Translations under genes and position numbers: made by a program
Origin: a bacterium
GTDB lineage: Bacteria > Hinthialibacterota > Hinthialibacteria > Hinthialibacterales > Hinthialibacteraceae
Length of the DNA: 64,000 bases
Assembly: GCA_963662285.2 (NCBI GenBank)
Contig: CAXXMV010000003.1
Coordinates: forward strand, 32,001-96,000
Reading direction: 5' to 3'
Notes under the pieces: model-generated
Told to the model about the DNA's origin: nothing
Seen by the model: only the letters and a program-made list of their open reading frames with translations
Database searches by the model: none
In this document: piece after piece, positions 60,118-64,000 of the stretch
How the letters are laid out: each line of letters opens with the position of its first letter
Position numbering within the stretch: the first letter of the stretch is position 1

Positions 60118-60777
60118 ATGATAAACGATAAGAATGCCTTTACCTTAATTGAACTGCTGATCGTGGTAGCCATTATCGGTATTTTAGCTTCGATAGCGGT
60201 TCCAAACTTTCTCAACGCCATGACGCGCAGCAAAATCGCGGCGGCTCAGGCTCAGATCGAAGCCTGTACGGTTGCTTTAGAATCTTACCGTCTTGATCGA
60301 AACGGCCTTCCGCCGACGCGGTATTACTGTCTGGCCTGGGGCGAGGAAAAAGCCAAGAAGTACTTTGAACTACCGTGGGAACTTACAACGCCAACGGCAT
60401 ATCTGAGTGACAGGCCGCTTGATCCGTTTAATACATTTCCGGGAGCATCCAGCGATGCTCCCGGACAAACTATTAAGTACCGTTCTCCCGGATTCGGTTA
60501 TTTCAACGATATGCCGACCGAAGAAGGCATGTGGATTCCAAAATCGTTTCCATTTGATGACGGCGACTATGTTTTTTACAACAACGCTTCGTTAGAGCAT
60601 CCAGCAAAAGATAGCCCGGTGCAGTATGGATTATGGAGCGCCGGTCCCATACCCAAAGTAGAAATTGGCATGCACACTTACGAACCGGTTCCTTCGCATA
60701 CATGGTACGACTCGACCAATGGAACCAGAAGTTCTGGCATAATCGTAAAATTAAGTTCAGGACAACATTCCCCATGA
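60118..60777 (+). CDS. Prepilin-type N-terminal cleavage/methylation protein (GspG-like pseudopilin)
   Basis: MINDKNA|FTLIELLIVVAIIGILASIAVPNF; LTTPTAY..P.DPF; WSAGP; YDSTNGTRSSGII. Confidence 0.9.
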   Translation: MINDKNAFTLIELLIVVAIIGILASIAVPNFLNAMTRSKIAAAQAQIEACTVALESYRLDRNGLPPTRYYCLAWGEEKAKKYFELPWELTTPTAYLSDRPLDPFNTFPGASSDAPGQTIKYRSPGFGYFNDMPTEEGMWIPKSFPFDDGDYVFYNNASLEHPAKDSPVQYGLWSAGPIPKVEIGMHTYEPVPSHTWYDSTNGTRSSGIIVKLSSGQHSP

Positions 60778-60832
60778 TGGGAATATGAAAAGTAAAAGTT
60801 AAGTTTTATGAATAACAGTGATGATATAGAAT

Positions 60833-60885
60833 TCTCCACCCAAGCCTGGGGGGAGTTAGAGGGGGGTTGAAGTGCAACCCCCTCC
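60833..60885. repeat. C/G-tract palindromic repeat family (also near 5940, 17613, 25112, 53226, 58408, 59095, 61758)
   Basis: CTCC..CCAAG..TGGGGGAGTTAGAGGGGGGTTG pattern recurring in intergenic regions. Confidence 0.7.
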
Positions 60886-61109
60886 TAGCTGGGCGCCAAG
60901 GGCAAGAGCGCATTGCGCTCAGCCCTTGATCAAACCACCAATGATAGGGTGAAATTCCTTAACTTAATGACATTGCCTTTTATAGGCGCCCGATAAGCCC
61001 GACAATCCGGGTATGGGAAAAAACAAAGAGGATTCGTGGTCGGGTAACCACAAGGGTTACCCCTACGGTTATATAATAATCGTTACTCTATACAAAGGAA
61101 ACTAATAAA

Positions 61110-61694
61110 ATGAAACCAAGATCAATTCTATTGTTAATCGCATGTGGATGTTTAGCCGTGGTAGTCACGGCAGTGGCGGCGCAGAAGATATCCTATGCCC
61201 ACAAGTATCATGATCACGCAAAGAAAGAGTCTCCCAAGATGCATACAGAGGTTGAATTCCGCCCATCAACCATGAAGGAATTAGAGCGCTTCCATGGTCA
61301 CGTCGGACCGTTCGTCGTATTCGGATCACACATGGGAGAGTACGCTGTGACCAAATATGACATGCCAAGATATTTCGGCGTCACGGTTGAAGTCGAATGT
61401 CCCGCCCAGCCGCCCCACTCCTGCTTGATTGATGGTTTGATGGTTTCAACCGGCGCCACCTATGGCAAGAAGAATATCCATCATACCCACGCTAAAGATA
61501 TACGCGTCATCATTTCAGATGATGAAACCGGCGCACAAGTGATTTTCACCATCAAAAAATCAGCTCTGGATATGCTGAAAAAGTGGGAAGAAGAAAATAT
61601 GCCCGTTCCGGAACGCGGAGCAAAATCGTTCGCTATGAAATCCGAGGATTTATTTGATATTGAATACGTTAAAGGCGCAGTGGAATCAAATTAG
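61110..61694 (+). CDS. FmdE-family protein with signal peptide and His-rich linker
   Basis: RFHGHVGP, SCLIDGLMVSTGATYGK. Confidence 0.8.
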   Translation: MKPRSILLLIACGCLAVVVTAVAAQKISYAHKYHDHAKKESPKMHTEVEFRPSTMKELERFHGHVGPFVVFGSHMGEYAVTKYDMPRYFGVTVEVECPAQPPHSCLIDGLMVSTGATYGKKNIHHTHAKDIRVIISDDETGAQVIFTIKKSALDMLKKWEEENMPVPERGAKSFAMKSEDLFDIEYVKGAVESN

Positions 61695-61845
61695 ACTCAG
61701 CCTAATCTGATACTATGTATTGTACTCAGTTCAACTCATAATGCCGGATAACCAAGTCCTCTCTCCCACCATGTTCCCGCTTTTTCAACCGGGAGAGGGA
61801 AAAGGTGAGGGGGGCGTAACAAAAAATCCTAATCCAAAAAGGTAC

Positions 61846-61874
61846 AAAAAAAGGGCGGCCAAGCCGCCCTTTTT
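61846..61874. terminator. Bidirectional intrinsic terminator
   Basis: A7-GGGCGGC-CAA-GCCGCCC-T5 between convergent genes. Confidence 0.75.
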
Positions 61875-61901
61875 GCATTATAGGTTCTAAATCAAAAACT
61901 A

Positions 61902-63326
61902 TTAATAAAGCGACCATTGATCAACATCAGTAACGCCGATCAAGTAACGCCCATAACCATAGACCTGACTCAAATACAGAATCTCACACGCGCCATCACC
62001 CATACCGGGCAGAGGATTGATCTTAATCTGGCTCATCAGACCATTCCAGACCGCAGCGGATGAACTGGCGTAAGAAGGTTCATCCGATTCAACAGGTGGA
62101 CGCTCTTTGGTAACGCCGAATACTACATCACCTAGAAAATCGCCCAGCGTATCACCGGCAACTGAATAAGCAGTGACGAATCCCGGTTGGTCGATAATGT
62201 CTCCATTACCCTGCGAGTTCCATCTAGGAGACGTCGCAACAACGAAATAATCCAATCCCTGATAGGTGGCCGCATCACTGGGTGATCCAGCAACCAAAGC
62301 GTGATTATATCCATCAGCGTCGTCCGGAGGGAACATCATAAACAATTCGCCGTCATCCTTCACAAAGGTTGATCCATCCCAATAATACCGCCACACGCCG
62401 CTTCCGGAAATATTTCCGGCGCCATAAATAACCTCTTCACCATCATCATTAATAACCAGGTCGCTGCAAGCGCCCGCTTCACCGAAGCAGCCATTTTTCT
62501 CTTCAGCATAAGCGCCTCGAATGGTCCAGGTATTGGTAGTGGCATCCACATCAAAAACCCGCGTCTTCATGCCATTACGCCATGTTTTACCCGACAAGAT
62601 AGCTTTCGTATTAGCGCCTGAACCTGAAATTTCAACGTCGCCCCAACGCCACTGCGACAGACGGTCAGTGCCGCCATGATTGCGGTAATCCTGCTCATAA
62701 ACCACAGTCGGACCGCTGAAGCCGCCCTGACCGTCAGGGTCGTAGCGCAAAATCATATACCAATAACCCAGGTAAATAACGCCATCATCGGATACGTCAA
62801 AATTCATATACTCAGGAGCGCTTTCTTCACCTGAAACAAAACGGCGGTTCTTCGGGTCGCCCCATCCCTCAATTGCGGGATTCCCACTGCCGCCGTCGAT
62901 CATCGACTCATATTCAGCCGAAAGTTCCACCGGCTTGAATCCGACATGAATCGCTACGCCCATCGGCGCTCCTGTATCAGGATCAATCCACAGAATAGAA
63001 CGGTCAGGATACTGAGCAGCTAGAGCCGCGTCATGATTAGGATCGGTCTCATCAATTCCATTATCCCGAACGCCCAGCATCAGACGGGTTTCATCGTAAC
63101 GGATAAAACCATCATACTGATCATGCAGGTTCACGCCATACCAAGGACCGTCTTCAGGGTCGCCATCCCAACGTGGATCAGGATCGCCATTAACCAGGAT
63201 CGGCAAAACTCCGCCGCCATCAATCAACGTATGCTCCCAGGCAGGAACAATCTCCAAAGCCCAGGTTGATGTAATGCAAACCAAAGCCATAATTCCACAT
63301 AAAACAAATGCCTTTTTCATATTCAC
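61902..63326 (-). CDS. Secreted acidic beta-rich hypothetical protein with C-terminal WxLY motif
   Basis: Signal peptide MKKAFVLCG..TWA; D/G/Y-rich; ends VTDVDQWSLY. Confidence 0.7.
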   Translation of the reverse strand: MNMKKAFVLCGIMALVCITSTWALEIVPAWEHTLIDGGGVLPILVNGDPDPRWDGDPEDGPWYGVNLHDQYDGFIRYDETRLMLGVRDNGIDETDPNHDAALAAQYPDRSILWIDPDTGAPMGVAIHVGFKPVELSAEYESMIDGGSGNPAIEGWGDPKNRRFVSGEESAPEYMNFDVSDDGVIYLGYWYMILRYDPDGQGGFSGPTVVYEQDYRNHGGTDRLSQWRWGDVEISGSGANTKAILSGKTWRNGMKTRVFDVDATTNTWTIRGAYAEEKNGCFGEAGACSDLVINDDGEEVIYGAGNISGSGVWRYYWDGSTFVKDDGELFMMFPPDDADGYNHALVAGSPSDAATYQGLDYFVVATSPRWNSQGNGDIIDQPGFVTAYSVAGDTLGDFLGDVVFGVTKERPPVESDEPSYASSSAAVWNGLMSQIKINPLPGMGDGACEILYLSQVYGYGRYLIGVTDVDQWSLY

Positions 63327-63499
63327 CTTCCTTTTTCCAATAGGTTTTTAAAATAATACATACCGTAAATCATAACAATAATACTATATCATTTCCCCCT
63401 CAACGACAAAATTTTTAATAAATAAATTTTGTCCTCTTTTCATTAACCACAATCCAAAAATCATCTATAGTTAATAAAAATTCAGGAGATTAATACCAA

Positions 63500-64000
63500 A
63501 TGACTTTTTCATTCCGAATAACTCTATGCGCATTAATAATCGCATCAAGCCTCTTCGACTCTTCAGCTGATGCTGACAACAGGAACTTACGGTTATGGTA
63601 TAACCAACCAGCCCAGCAATGGGTCGAAGCGCTGCCCATCGGCAATGGCAGCCTGGGCGCTATGGTATTCGGCGGCGTCAAACTGGAGCGCATCCAATTC
63701 AATCAGGACACCCTCTGGACCGGCGCACCCCGCGACTACATCAATCCCAGAGCACTGGAAACCCTTCCCAAAGTCCGCCAATTACTATTTGAAGGCAAAC
63801 AGATGGAAGCCGACAAAACCGCCAGCGATATGATGAGCATCCCGCTAAGACAGGAATCTTATCAACCATTCGGCGATGTCTACCTCGATTTCCCCGAACT
63901 GGAAACTGCCGAAGAATATGTCCGCGAACTCGATCTCGATCATGCCCTATCACGGGTATCATACAAAGTTAACGGCGTAACTTATAAAAGAGAAATACTG
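63500..64000 (+). CDS. GH95 alpha-L-fucosidase, partial (runs off the window)
   Basis: AGGAG RBS, signal peptide, LWYNQPA..W.EALPIGNG.LGAMVFGG..ERIQFNQDTLWTG, YQPFGD, Y.RELDL. Confidence 0.9.
   Translation, partial: MTFSFRITLCALIIASSLFDSSADADNRNLRLWYNQPAQQWVEALPIGNGSLGAMVFGGVKLERIQFNQDTLWTGAPRDYINPRALETLPKVRQLLFEGKQMEADKTASDMMSIPLRQESYQPFGDVYLDFPELETAEEYVRELDLDHALSRVSYKVNGVTYKREIL

Overview
A 64-kb bacterial chromosomal window. The gene style (expanded N-methyl pseudopilins, TAT sulfatase, BMC pentamer triplet, many polytopic glycosyltransferases, GH95) suggests a polysaccharide-degrading, possibly uncultured lineage such as OLB16/Hinthialibacterota or Sumerlaeota; this taxonomy is inference only. 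The most obvious system is a complete compact type II-C CRISPR-Cas locus: minus-strand tracrRNA (about 7119-7220), 991-aa cas9, cas1, cas2, and a reverse-oriented array of 22 full repeats, 1 truncated repeat and 22 spacers. The distal repeat is cut by a REP-flanked, internally deleted RAYT-like element. The least explained signal is a short C-terminal peptide, [ST]x[VL]x[DEQ]WxLY, that ends three unrelated signal-peptide proteins (a fourth has a variant); two of the four genes sit directly upstream of members of one pseudopilin family, suggesting an undescribed sorting or surface-display system. Other notable items: an unannotated 55-aa GntR paralog lacking the HTH, several non-autonomous mobile elements (RAYT deletion derivatives, a 184-bp MITE with 8-bp TSD, many GTAG-type REPs), a satellite BMC-P triplet, a frameshifted TAT metallopeptidase and two sigma-54-type promoters. 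All calls were made by eye from the sequence and motifs; no database search was run.
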